Shown here: positions 41,509-54,075 of the stretch, in pieces | Layout: the number at the start of each line of letters is the position of its first letter | Position numbering within the stretch: position 1 is the first letter of the stretch | Origin: Octopus vulgaris | Taxonomy: Eukaryota | Direction of reading: 5' to 3' | Assembly: GCA_951406725.2 (NCBI GenBank) | Contig: OX597825.1 | Location: 9,548,001 to 9,612,000, forward strand | Length of the DNA: 64,000 nucleotides | The notes under the pieces: generated by a model | What the model was told of the DNA's origin: nothing | What the model saw: only the letters and a program-made list of their open reading frames with translations | Databases searched by the model: none | Position numbers and translations under genes: made by a program

Positions 41509-41829
41509 TGTCTGTATTTACGTCCGTGCTCACATGCGTGACATAGACAGATAAAAATATTTTTTCGGCAGCTTCCAAACAGATGTATTTATGTACAAAC
41601 ACATGCATTCTGACGAGTATGCAAGTGTGTCTGTGTGTGTGTGTGTGAATAGAATGAGAAGCAGTTCATATTTACACACAGACACAGACACACACACACA
41701 CGTACACACACACACACACACATACACACATGCTAATGTATTACCCATAATATAATATAATATAATACATGTGTGTCTGAATGTATATACATATTCCTAG
41801 CTCTTTGATTAAGAATTCATACATCTATC

Positions 41830-41865
<36 letters not shown>

Positions 41866-43284
41866 CGTGTGTGTATTGCATGCGCGTGTGTATGTGCGTG
41901 TGTGTTTGTGTATGTATATACGTATCTATGTATGAATGAATGTATATAATTCCATTATGGTGTGACATTCCGTTTTACATTCCGGGGAAATATTGAATTG
42001 TAAAAATATAGAATAGATTTTATCACAACTGGATATCTGACACTCTTTAATTTATTTTCTTAACTTTTCCCTTTTTTTTTTATAGGACATTGGAGAATTT
42101 ATTTTCATACATGTTTTACCAATTCTTCTATATCTGATGAAATTCCATTTATTATAGACTTCAAGTTGTATGCTAACGCAATAGAAAATTGCTTTTAACT
42201 TACCTTATATATTGGTTCTCGGTAAAATATTGTGAACAAGTATAAAAGAATAGATGTTATTCTTTACTGATGTCTTTCTGGAATACTCTACGGATTCTGA
42301 TCCGTCAGCCTTGCTTCGAGTCATTTACTTACTCCTATTGAATTCTTCCATTGTCCTTCCTTAGATCGCTAAGAACTTTATTCCTTTTGTCTGTCACAAA
42401 ACATTAGACAATGGTTTTTCAAGAAACAGAGAACACTGAAAAAATCTTATATATTTTTATCTACATTTTATTCCAGAATAAAATTCAGATGATTATGTTC
42501 TCTCACAGAAGGAATAATTATGTTCACTTACCATGAGGAATACATATAAGGTTGATGTCTCTCGTTATTTTCATAATAATCTTCGTCACCCGAAATTAGA
42601 TGCAATGGTCGTTGTCTGCCCCAAAGTTAGCCTCGACAGAACAGATCATTGCTCAAATTTTTCCCATTTTTAATCATTCTATATTTTTATGGGCATCTAA
42701 GACTACACTATTCAAAGTGTCTTTCCCTGTAAGGTATTGTTTGTAGTAAGTCGAGCAAACATGTATAGAATATCCTTTTTTTTTTCTTCGTCCAATCAAA
42801 TGCAGTGTAGAAACATAAATAGTAGAACACCGAACTAAATGCTTTACATTATTTAGTTTCATCCCGCTACTTACTGACATCAAATACTACTAATGTCGAC
42901 TTTGCTTTTCATCCCTCTAGGCTCGATAATGTAAGTCGTAATCTTGTATTGCGATCGATTCAATAAATTATATCCTTCTCTACGCATTTGTGACTTTGTG
43001 CCTGTATCCCAAATCAATATGTTTTATAGTCTCATCATTTGTTTAGAACGTAAAATGTTATTTGATGTCAGTGTCAAAAGTCGGATGACTCTTAGCACAT
43101 ACTTATTGTATAGACATATGCTTTATTGTGTTGGTTCTTACAAGACGGCTTTACTGCATTACAAGTCGATATCTGCAATGAAATTCATTATTCAGCTTCC
43201 ATTGTACTCTTTTTCGCTACCTTCATTATTCACTCATTCGCTTATGCTTTTGCTCAATCTTTCATTCACAAAAATACACACACA

Positions 43285-43361
<77 letters not shown>

Positions 43362-43830
43362 GCATACATGATATGATGTAATAAACAGGAAACTCTCAAG
43401 TTTATTACATGTGTTTGAGCTTATGTATATGGGATATATTTGTACGTGTGGCTTCGTATGTGCCTGTTTATGATATCCCATACATGTTATGTTATATGAA
43501 AGTAATATATTGTTGCCGTAAGTTAATATCGCTGTACAAGATGTCTATTCCCAAGTGAATCGTTTTCTTTTGCTTGTATCAAATGCGATTTCTAAGCATT
43601 CTCTCAGTTGCTGGATAAACATGTTTCTTTCTCGGAAGATGCAAATTACATGAGACGATAAGATATTGGTAGTCTAGCCATATTGGGATGGTTATAAAGA
43701 GCCATGCGTGCACTCATGTGTATGTGTATATGTATGCGGACGTATCTGTCAGTGTATGTTTCATTTCCTCTAGTTTCAGCTCACGAGCTGTGGCCATGCT
43801 GGGGCACCGCTAATTATCTAATTTTTTAAA

Positions 43831-44038
43831 TTATTTTATTTGTTTCAGTCATTTGACTGCGGCCTTGCTGGAGCACCGCCTTTAGTCGAGCAAATTGACC
43901 CCAGAACTTATTCTTTGTAAGCCTACTACTTATTCTATCGGCCTCTCTTGCCGAACCGCTAAGTAACGGGGACATAAACACACCCGCATCGGTTGTCAAG
44001 CGACGTTTGGGTGAACAAAAACAGACACGCAAACATAT

Positions 44039-44095
<57 letters not shown>

Positions 44096-44259
44096 CGACG
44101 GGCTACTTTCAGTTTCCGTCTACCAAATCCACTCACAAGGCTTTGGTCGGCCCGAGGCTATAATACAAGATACTTGCCCAAGGTTCCACGCAGTGGGACT
44201 GAACCCGGAACCATGTGATTGGTAAGCAAGCTACTTACCACACAGCCACTGCTGCGCCT
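43831..44259 (-). mobile_element. SINE family B, full length
   Basis: Collinear with the other B copies. Confidence 0.95.
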
Positions 44260-45388
44260 AATAGTGAAATTGGCCCCACAAGATGGCAATAGATGCGTTA
44301 ATGAGTGGATGCAATTCATTATTAGCGAATGTTTTGCTTGCATACATATACGATGCGTAATAAAAGCTGCAATGACCTGAAACTGTTTCAAACAATACTA
44401 GCAAAATAATGACTCAATATGAAAGATTAGTATATTTCTTACAGCATGACGGTGCTGACATAACATCGTAAGCCAGTGAATTAATGATAGTGAAAATTAA
44501 AACTGTGTTGAAGAGAAAGAAATCACAATGTTAAAGACGTATTCTGGTTAATAAAAGCAAGGGTGACACCAGAGGAATTAGACTTAAAATTTATTACAAA
44601 TGATATAAAGTCTGGAGCGATTCTGTTCTATGCCAACAATTACAACTCAAGACACGTTTTGACATTAATCAACTTCAACAAAACATAGCTTCAACAAAAC
44701 GTTACTGCCAGATATTAGTATAACTAGAAATACAGCTGAAGATTACAGAATATATTACATAGTATATACACCATCACAAATTCCTGTAGAAATAAATTAA
44801 TATAATACTTACGTAGTCTGGAATTCATTCGCTCTTAGTATATACATTGTATAACATTGTTATTACAAAATGTTGCCTGGAAATGGATTTGTCTTTCGAA
44901 GGACTCCTTTGTTAAGCACTTTCGTACGAAACAGAAATGAGTCACTAATGAGTTACTAATGAGACATAAATAATTATTTCCGAAGGTTCTAGATTTATTA
45001 TTTTTTTTGGGGGGGGAATATATCGAACGAACCTGTAATTAGGAAACAAAGTGAGAAAATATAACGCTTGTCATTTCGTAAATAGCGTAACCTGATAAGT
45101 GAAATAAGAATAGAAATAGAAACCGTGTCGCCGTTTCTCGCTGCTAAAATTATGTCTGCATCACGCGAGTTCTTGGAATTTTTTATATTCTCTATGACCA
45201 CGCAGCAGCGGAGATGCACGAAACGATAAGAGACATTAACAGCTCCAAGTACATCGTTAACATGAACATTACGCCGTGCAATAAGCATGATATTATCTAT
45301 CACCTCTTTAGATTGAAGCATCATACTTTTGATGTATCTGCGCATTATTTTTTACATCAGAGGTCTTTGTTAAGATTTAATACACACT

Positions 45389-45420
<32 letters not shown>

Positions 45421-45593
45421 AATACATATACGTCATATTATATATATAGACACAAACACACACACACACACATCTTGGCATATGTGTGATGGATGGTCTG
45501 TTACTATATGCATCTGTGTGTGCGCGCACGCGCGCGTGTGTCCGTGTCACATACTCTAAAATATGGTCTATATTTAAATATTTATGTATATTC

Positions 45594-45663
<70 letters not shown>

Positions 45664-45719
45664 TTGAGAAATGTGTGTGTCCATATCCAAGTCACACAGT
45701 CTGAAATGCGGTTTATATT

Positions 45720-45770
<51 letters not shown>

Positions 45771-45863
45771 CGTGTGTCTATACATAAATAGGTATATGTG
45801 TGTATATATAATTGACAAAACAGGAGTCGACCAAAAGGAGTACGGTTGAACATTAATTTTTTA

Positions 45864-45969
45864 ATCACTACAATTGTTTCCACGCACCGTAGTTCTCTGG
45901 GTATGCAGGTACTTGATTATGCAACTGTTTCCCTGCATTATGCGATCTAGTTGTGTTTCCTCAGGCGAC
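45864..45969 (-). ncRNA. Hammerhead-like motif with an extended helix II region
   Basis: Minus strand reads GTCGC-CTGAGGA-aa-CAC...GTG-GAAA-CAATTG-TA-GTGAT. The core is canonical, stem III is the palindrome ACAATTGT, the site is GUA, and stem I includes G-U pairs. Confidence 0.45.
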
Positions 45970-46423
45970 ATGTAAATATTGTCTCCGTGAGTTTAAAATC
46001 CTCGATTTCAAGAACATCCTATCTGTCTGCCGTGGCCTGGATTTAGCAGTGGTCCCTGAGTTTAGCAAAGTGTGTTGTTGCTGAACTGCTTTGTGTTATT
46101 GGCGAACTACTTTGAATGTATAGATATAGCGTGATGGTGATTCCAGTTTGCCGTTTCAAAGGGATTGGCATTTTATTTCTTTGTGCAGCTGATTAGTTCG
46201 TCATGGTTGGTTACCCATGCGATTGTTCTTAGCTGGCCTTTAAGATTCAACATTCGGACACATACACGCATACACACAAACATATATATGTGTGTGTTTA
46301 TATATATATGCATGGGAGTGTGCATACATGTTTTATATATGTATGCATGTGTGAGTGTGGGCGTGTGTATGTGTGTATGCGTGTATCACTTGTTGGTGAT
46401 GTCCTGTATTTATTTAAATATAC

Positions 46424-46477
<54 letters not shown>

Positions 46478-46613
46478 GAGATGTACTCGCATAGCAAGTA
46501 ATTTGATCTGAGATCGTGTGCTGAAACGAAAACAATTGCAGCGTGGAAGGTGTTTATAAGCCATTTAAGAAACACACAAAAGCCGTTCGATTCACTTCAA
46601 CATTTAAGTTTAA

Positions 46614-46663
46614 TTTGTCAAAATATTTTCGTCGCTAAAATCCGCGACCTGTTCACTGACAAA
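46614..46663 (-). ncRNA. Minimal type I hammerhead ribozyme candidate, G3-C8 variant (minus-strand copy)
   Basis: Exact reverse complement of 46685-46734. Confidence 0.65.
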
Positions 46664-46684
46664 AATCCGAGATGCAGCACGGAT

Positions 46685-46734
46685 TTTGTCAGTGAACAGG
46701 TCGCGGATTTTAGCGACGAAAATATTTTGACAAA
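46685..46734 (+). ncRNA. Minimal type I hammerhead ribozyme candidate, G3-C8 variant
   Basis: TTTGTCA-GTGAACA-G-GTCGC ggatttta GCGAC-GAAA-ATAT-TT-TGACAAA. It has a 7-bp stem I, a 5-bp stem II, GAAA, and palindromic stem III AATATT. The core is GUGAACA instead of CUGANGA. Confidence 0.65.
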
Positions 46735-46833
46735 TTAAACTTAAATGTTGAAGTGAATCGAACGGCTTTTGTGTGTTTCTTAAATGGCTTATAAACACCT
46801 TCCACGCTGCAATTGTATATATATATATACGTG

Positions 46834-46901
<68 letters not shown>

Positions 46902-47400
46902 GACCACACATACACGATGTGTGTGTTGCTAGTTCATAAATCAGCTGCGTTTTGGCCATAAGAGAATATATTCTCAATCCACGTTGTGTTATGAACACCT
47001 GAAAGTAAGTCATAGGCAAGCGAGACAATTCAGATCAGACATCGACGTTTTGTCATCGTTGTGACCTTTTAATGCCGCGTATACATGAGCAAACCCCAAA
47101 GCGTTTGTATGTGAGGAATAATGCGTATATGGAATATTGAATATTTGTTACTTGTAATATACTCTGGAGTAGATTTTAAAGTATCACCTAGCATTTTAGG
47201 ATTCATTGTGTGTTATCTATAACATAGCAGTTTGTTTTATGACAAATAAAGAATGATAAAATATGCATCATTCTAAAATAAATACCAGAAATACATCCAA
47301 TGCATGGAGATTGATATAAAAATTGTCGAGAGAAATGTCCCAGAATTATCATATGGTTGAAACAAGTAAAAGAATAAACACTTCGTGCGTGTGTGTGTGA

Positions 47401-47478
<78 letters not shown>

Positions 47479-47618
47479 GTGCAGTTATAGATTTAAATAT
47501 AGACAGAAACAACAGATTCTGTGTTGTTTGAGATTCTATATAATATTTTATATCTCCCTACATTTGGCCCCAAGTTTTATTTTCTTAGTTTATGGAAGGA
47601 GCAGATATAAAAGACATT

Positions 47619-47836
47619 CTTACTCTTTTACTCTTTTGCTTGTTTCAGTCATTTGACTGCGGTCATGCTGGAGCACCGCCTTTAGTCGAGCAAATCGATC
47701 CCAGGACTTATTCTTTGTAAGCCTAGTACTTATTCTATCGGCCCCTTTTGCCGAACCGCTACATTACGGGGACGTAAACACACCAGCATCGGTTGTCAAG
47801 CGATGTTGGGGGGGACAACAGACAGACAGACAGACT

Positions 47837-47888
<52 letters not shown>

Positions 47889-48051
47889 CGACGGGCTTCT
47901 TTCAGTTTCCGTCTACCAAAACCACTCACAAGGCTTTGGTCGGCCCGAGGGTTTAGTAAAAGATACTTGCCGAAGATGCCACGCAGTGAGACTGAACCCG
48001 GAACCATGTGGTTGGTAAGCAAGCACTTACCACACAGACACTCCTGCGCCT
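47619..48051 (-). mobile_element. SINE family B, full length
   Basis: Collinear with the other B copies. Confidence 0.95.
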
Positions 48052-48327
48052 TTTTTAAAAACGTTACCGTTAAATATTGCAGATTGATACAATGTTTTGG
48101 GGGTGGAATTGAAGAAGAAAAATACAATCAATTGAAAATTGTAGAGAATACATGTTCTAAAATATCACTTGTATGAAAAAAAAAACTTAGAGGGATTGAC
48201 ATTTTTGGCGAGTTTTCCTCCATGGAAGGGAGATGAGTAATATACATACAAATTTATAGCATATACAATCAATGCTGCAGTTATTCGATAAATGTTTCAC
48301 GCAGAGATGAGAGAGAGAGAGAGAGAC

Positions 48328-48358
<31 letters not shown>

Positions 48359-49691
48359 AGAGAAAGAGAAATGACGTCAGTTATGACAACATCTGTCCAT
48401 ATTTAACAGATAGAATGTTTTTCGACAACTATGGTGTGAAAGGCAGAGGTTGTGCTGCTGATATTTGAACTCACGGTTGAGAAGGAAAACAGCGCGCAGT
48501 ATCGCTGAAACCGAAATAATCATTCTAAGCCGTATAAATAAGATTTATATAAAGCACTAAAATACATGCTGCAAACCTTATTTAATGGCTTTTAAAAATG
48601 AATGCATTGCATTCGCGATTTCTTTTTTTCTATAAATCTTATGCTTCCTGTCAATTTATAAAATGGTTACAGATGAATTCTTTTATACCAGAACGAGCAA
48701 TAACAGAAACATTTCCGATAATAAGAGAGAAAAAGCTGTTTGCAAAGTGCTTAATAATTATTTTGATAATGACATTTCGTTATTTTAAAGAAAACATTCT
48801 AACAATTTAAAATTTATCATATTCTTTTTCACGAAGATAATGTCAATTTATGGTTTCTAAAGGCTAATTTTAAATATTAATGGATTTTATTTTGGTATTC
48901 ACTTGCTGATTATTTTTTGTTTAAAATTTCTTACTGTACAATTCGATACAATTTGATGCAAATAGAAAGAAAATGTCGAGCTTAATGTAGGACACGATAT
49001 TCACATCCGAAAATGTCATGTGGAAGAAATAAAATTGTTGATCCCAACCATTAATTTTGCACATGCATTTGGATGGTTTATTAACTTTCTGTCAAGACAA
49101 TCATAGTACATTTCGTTTGGGCTGCTATTGTGTAGAAAATGCGGCATTTGACTAAAATATAAAACAGAACAGAACATGTTGCAAAGACCTCCGATCTGGA
49201 ATTTGTTTTAAAAAATGCCTAAACACAAAAGTATTCCAAACGTTTATATTCTATTCTATTCTATTTTATTTTATTTTATTTTTACATTTTACATGAATGG
49301 CTTGATAAGAATTTGATAAAAGTATAAAACACTGGAACAATTGTTCAAAACTATTTTAAGAAATTCCCCATATCTAAGGCGAAGAATTATCTTCTGGCAT
49401 TACTTTTTTTCTTTTCGTGTGAAAAACAATTATTATATCGTCTCTCTCTTGGTTCAATCTCTTTAATATAAATTTAAATATATTTGCTAGTCTGCTCGAT
49501 ACCACATTAGTAAATATTGATTTCTAATAGATGAAGAACACCACAATTCAAGCGGGGTATAGCCGAGTAGATTGACCCGGTACATGCGATCTACTATTTC
49601 TTCCGAAGTTATGTCATTACATAATAAAATAACTTCCATGGTAGATTTCTATTATGGGTATAATTTCAGCGAAATAACATAGTTTCATCTA

Positions 49692-49796
49692 AAAAGGTAA
49701 CATCAGAGCAAGAAAAGGAAACATCACAGCAAGGAAAGGTAACATCACAGCAAGAAAAGGTAACATCACAGCAAGAAAAGGAAGCATCACAGCAAG
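49692..49796. repeat. Minisatellite, 5 x 21 bp (consensus AAAAGGWAACATCACAGCAAG)
   Basis: Units start at 49692, 49713, 49734, 49755 and 49776. Confidence 0.95.
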
Positions 49797-52700
49797 GGGT
49801 CAGGATTTCTCTATAAATAAGATCCATTGCATCCACTCACAATGGCTTCCGAGTACGAATCTTGCCATCTGTGCTGTAATGTGTTCACGCAAAAACTGTT
49901 GAATTTCAAATATAGACTTATGCGTACAGCTCAGTAGGATTTTACGGTGTCAAACCTATTTTTAAGTGTGTCTTGAAAAACACTTAGTACTTTGCTGACT
50001 TCCCCAAGATATGTAATCTTGAAAAAATATGGAGACTGAGAGCTTACGACTTGATGAGATTCAATTATCTTATTAGTAACACTTGTTTCCTTTCTATTTT
50101 CCTTAGCTGAAAGCATACAGTGTAAAACATTCCTGGTGTCACTATTGTGATCACGTGGTAATTCCGGCTAAAATTCGACAATTACATCAGTACAAGAAGA
50201 CTGATGAGTGTTTTGTTAGGTGGCAGGCTGTACGGTAATCAAAATTTCGTGTGAGCACAGCTTAGAGAAAGATGAGCTTCGCCAAACATATACGTTTCAA
50301 GTAGAGAATATAAAGAACATTTATTCCAGTTCTGCTTCTCTAACACAATTGGTTATGGGATTTATATTGCCACCAGTTGTCTCTTTCCGTCGTGAATTAT
50401 TATCCTTCATTCACATGTAATATTATTATCTACCGACAATGCAACCGAGGAATAAGCAATTGAAGTATTTTAAGCGAAAGTGTCTAACGTAAAATATCCC
50501 CCCATGACGAACACCATAAAATTTCTTCCATTAATATTATGAAAATATAATAAAATTAACTTCTGTAGTTTCTATGCTTTTTTTTTATGTTTTAGAATAA
50601 CGCCTAGTCTCCATCGTTGGCTTGAAATTCACATATACGTATTAAAAGAGTTCAGTTTTCTTTGCAATCAAACAACTTTACTTTCCCAAATAGATTTTCT
50701 CACTGGAAATTAAACTTATCTCCTATTATCAGCAACAATGATATCCGTAAACATTTATATTAGGCTTATTTGTGAAAGTCAGATTTCGAAAGCTTTTCCT
50801 CTCCGGCGAAATTATTTGTAGATTATCCGACAAACCATTTTAGATTCTGTGGCAGCCTAATGTCGTAATTAGACACTAAATGAGAGTTTTATCGTCAAAG
50901 GTTATAGTTTGAATAGACCCGGTTGTTTTGGCTGTGGGGCATCATTGATTAAAATCGTTATCTGGCGCCAAATTACCTGACTGCGTATATTAGTGACGTT
51001 AACTCAACCGCTGTGTAAAGTGAAATTAAAACTAAGTTTGAGAGTAATAGAATTCTATTTAAGCATAGATATCAATTAAACATTCTGAGAAACAGCTGAC
51101 ACAATTAGCAGAGGGCAATAAATGATGGTTGAAAGAGTAAGAGAGGAAAATCCGAGAGAAAAATCAATATGGCTTCCCGGTGGAATACTTAGTGTTCTTG
51201 TATTACTCTGTGTTTTATTTCTATATTTACCTCTGTATTTATATAGGCCTTTTTCGTTCTTTCTCTGCACTTAAAGCACACGTCTTTCTCAAAAGACCAC
51301 GATATACGTATCTTGTTGCTTCCTTATTAGATGAAGAAGTGGAACGAAATAAGCAGAACCAATCAAAATAAAAAAGGAACACCAGCTTTTTTCAAGATAT
51401 AACTACAATAAAAGAAATTTTGAAAAACATAGAAAAGGAAAAATCTTATAAAAACAACGGACATCTTTTGATTTTATTGACCTGCTCAACAAAGTATATT
51501 CTGCTCGTCTAGCATGACTAAATGCCATGAATACAGTTATAGGAAATCGTCAAGGGTGTTATTGGAATACTAAATATAAATATGCTAATCTCTCATGTAT
51601 GGAATCTTTCTTTATATGAGCTTTAAATGTAGAAAAATAAAATGAACAGTGGAGATAACTCCAATAATTAAAATTTTGGAAAATATATTAACTGTAGAAT
51701 AATGTTTAAGTCATCTAGTACAAGAAACGTTATAGTTCGTCTTATGAGACTATTTCACCGTAGTTCATAAAAATAAGGGACAACAATATGCTAAAAATGC
51801 AGGGCATGCTGTGTCACTAATAAGGAATACGAGATAGGTGAATACGGTAGGTTTCCTTTGTGTGTAATGTAGTGAGTTAAAAGCTTCGGTTAACTGTGAT
51901 TTTCTATGCAATTAGTAGAGAAAAACTTCCCAATAGTATTTCTTAAAATCATTAATCACTAGAGATAGCACCAATAACATCAATTAATTTAAATGTTTGT
52001 AACATCTCACTATTGTTCACAAATTAATATAAACTAAGAGCAATAAATCTATCGTTTGAACTCAAATACTGCCGTGTCAGGATTGACTTTACCTTTTATC
52101 ACAGAGAGCTCGATAAAAACAGTAGCGGCATTATACGAAAGTCGTTTAGCTAGACTTTGGTTATTCTCATTTAAACATTGATTTTCGAGTGATCAAAAGA
52201 AATTTATATATTTATAGTTCTTAATTTATTTAGTTCCGTATAGGCGGTAGGTGTGTTAAGCGTAGTAAGTTTTAAATGCGGAATGAAGCGCTGATAAGAT
52301 TAAAAGTTTTAAATTTTAGTCGAAAACATATCAGAAAAATTGAAAATAAACGCAAAATTTAATGGGAAGTGTTGAGTTCTGCTTGAAAGTTTTCTGTAAT
52401 TTTAATTTATGCTCAGTTTCAGAATGGCATTAATTTCTTTTACAAGACTCAAACAGGAAATATTTTATGAATATTAGTAATTTTAGTAAAGCGAAGTGCA
52501 TCAATCTGGAATCGAAACCATGCCACAAATCTCAGTAGCTTCACACTTACTTGATACTCACCAACAAATATCTTCGATTTATGAGAAGTTCAAATGGGGA
52601 GAAGTTCAAAAGAAAATACCTTGATTTTACTTTCATCTGTTTGAAGTTTCTTTTATTATCATTTTAAATAAAATTGTATGACCTCCGCTCATACACACAC

Positions 52701-52920
52701 ATACACACACTGATACATACACTTCGGTAACCCTGAGAAGGAGTTATAGATGTGAGTGGCGAACTGTATAGAATTTTAAAGAATCACGCATCCCATCCAA
52801 GTCGCTAACATCTGTAACAACTCCATCACTTAGACATTAATGGAGGTTTCTTTAAATTGGGTCACTGTTAAGTTTTGTTGATATTCGATAAAATCAATTC
52901 ATTTCGTGGTGTTTATTTTA

Positions 52921-53150
52921 GTTGGTTGGCATCCTTTCTGTCTCGGGAGACAATGGAGTTGCGCATAAAGTAGTCTAGACCGGCTTTTATATTTCATGTC
53001 CTGATAGATTTCCTGCTGTGGCTGTGTAGTCCTATCCTGGACAAACACTCCCTCTGGCAGGTACCGCAAATGTAGCGAAGACTGTTCCTGGCTGGTTGTA
53101 ATGCCATAGTCTCTTGTTTACGTCTCTTCCTTTCTTTCTATTTCGCCTCT
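52921..53150 (-). mobile_element. RTE-clade LINE 3' end
   Basis: Minus strand gives KERKRRKQE...RYICGTCQRECLSRIGLHSHSRK (CxxC...SRIGLxSH zinc-finger-like end of RTE ORFs). The 3' UTR has the stem TGTCTCCCGAGACA and a CAAC tail. Confidence 0.82.
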
Positions 53151-53430
53151 CTCTCTCTCTGTCACTCCTTTGTATTCCCTCTTTATGTTTATTTTAACAT
53201 CAGGAGTAATTATAAAAGTTGATCCAAGAAGAATTTGGAATTTGAATCTAAAAAGTAGGTTTATTTCGTTTATGGTCTTACAATCACACAAAACTATAAT
53301 TTAGAGAGATTGAGAGTCTGAACGGTATACCCTTCCATAATTTTTGTTTATTTATTGAAATTTTAGAATGGAGATTCACTAACAATTCACCGACTGTTAT
53401 TAGGCATTCTGCTAAAAATTTTTTTATAAT

Positions 53431-53705
53431 AGACGCAGGTACGGTTGTGTGGTAAGAAGTTTGCTTTCCAACCACATGGTTCTCGGTTCTGTCCCACTGC
53501 GTGGCACCTTGGGCAAATGTCTTCTACTACAGCCTCGGGCCAACCGAAGCCTTATGAGTGGATCTGGTGGACGGAAATTACAAGAAACCTGTTGTTTAAA
53601 TGTGTGTGTGTGTGTATATATGTGTTTATATATATATATATAAACACACACATACACACATATGTATATATATATATATATATATATAAACACACACATA
53701 CATAC

Positions 53706-53743
<38 letters not shown>

Positions 53744-54075
53744 GCCTGTGTCTTTGTGTCTAGGTTTGTCCCTCCATACAGCTTGACAACCGATGCTGGT
53801 GTGTTTACGTCTCCGTAATTTAGCAGTTCGGCAAAACTGACCGATGGAATAAGGACCAGTTTTTAAAAAAAATAATAAATACTGGAGTCGATACATTCCA
53901 CTAAAAATTCTTCAAGGTGTTGCCCCAGCATGGCCTCAGTCTAATGACTGAAGCAAGGAAAAAGAAGAATGGTAAAATATTAAAAAAATATATAAATATT
54001 CTTCAAGGCGGTGCTCCAACATAACCGCAGTCAAATAACTGAAACAAGTAAAAGAATAAAAGAATAAATAAAAGA
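53431..54075 (+). mobile_element. SINE family B, older subfamily, with a second 3' tail at about 53996-54075
   Basis: Head ..TGTGTGGTAAGAAGTTTGCTTTCCAACCACATGG..CACCTTGGGCAAATG. The tail TTCTTCAAGG.G.TG..CCA.CAT..CC.CAGTC occurs twice. Confidence 0.88.

Larger units (their letters stand above)
46472..46816. mobile_element. (TA)n-embedded palindromic element (inverted Penelope-like pseudo-LTRs)
   Basis: Arms 46532-46669 and 46680-46816 are reverse complements apart from a 1-nt indel, with a 10-nt spacer AGATGCAGCA. (TA)n lies on both sides and the leader starts TAAGGG. Confidence 0.85.

Noticed and set aside
47035-47078. Hammerhead-like remnant on the minus strand (GTCA..TGAC stem followed by AAAACGTC)
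   Set aside because: Both core boxes are broken (no UGA, AAAA instead of GAAA), so it is too decayed to call.
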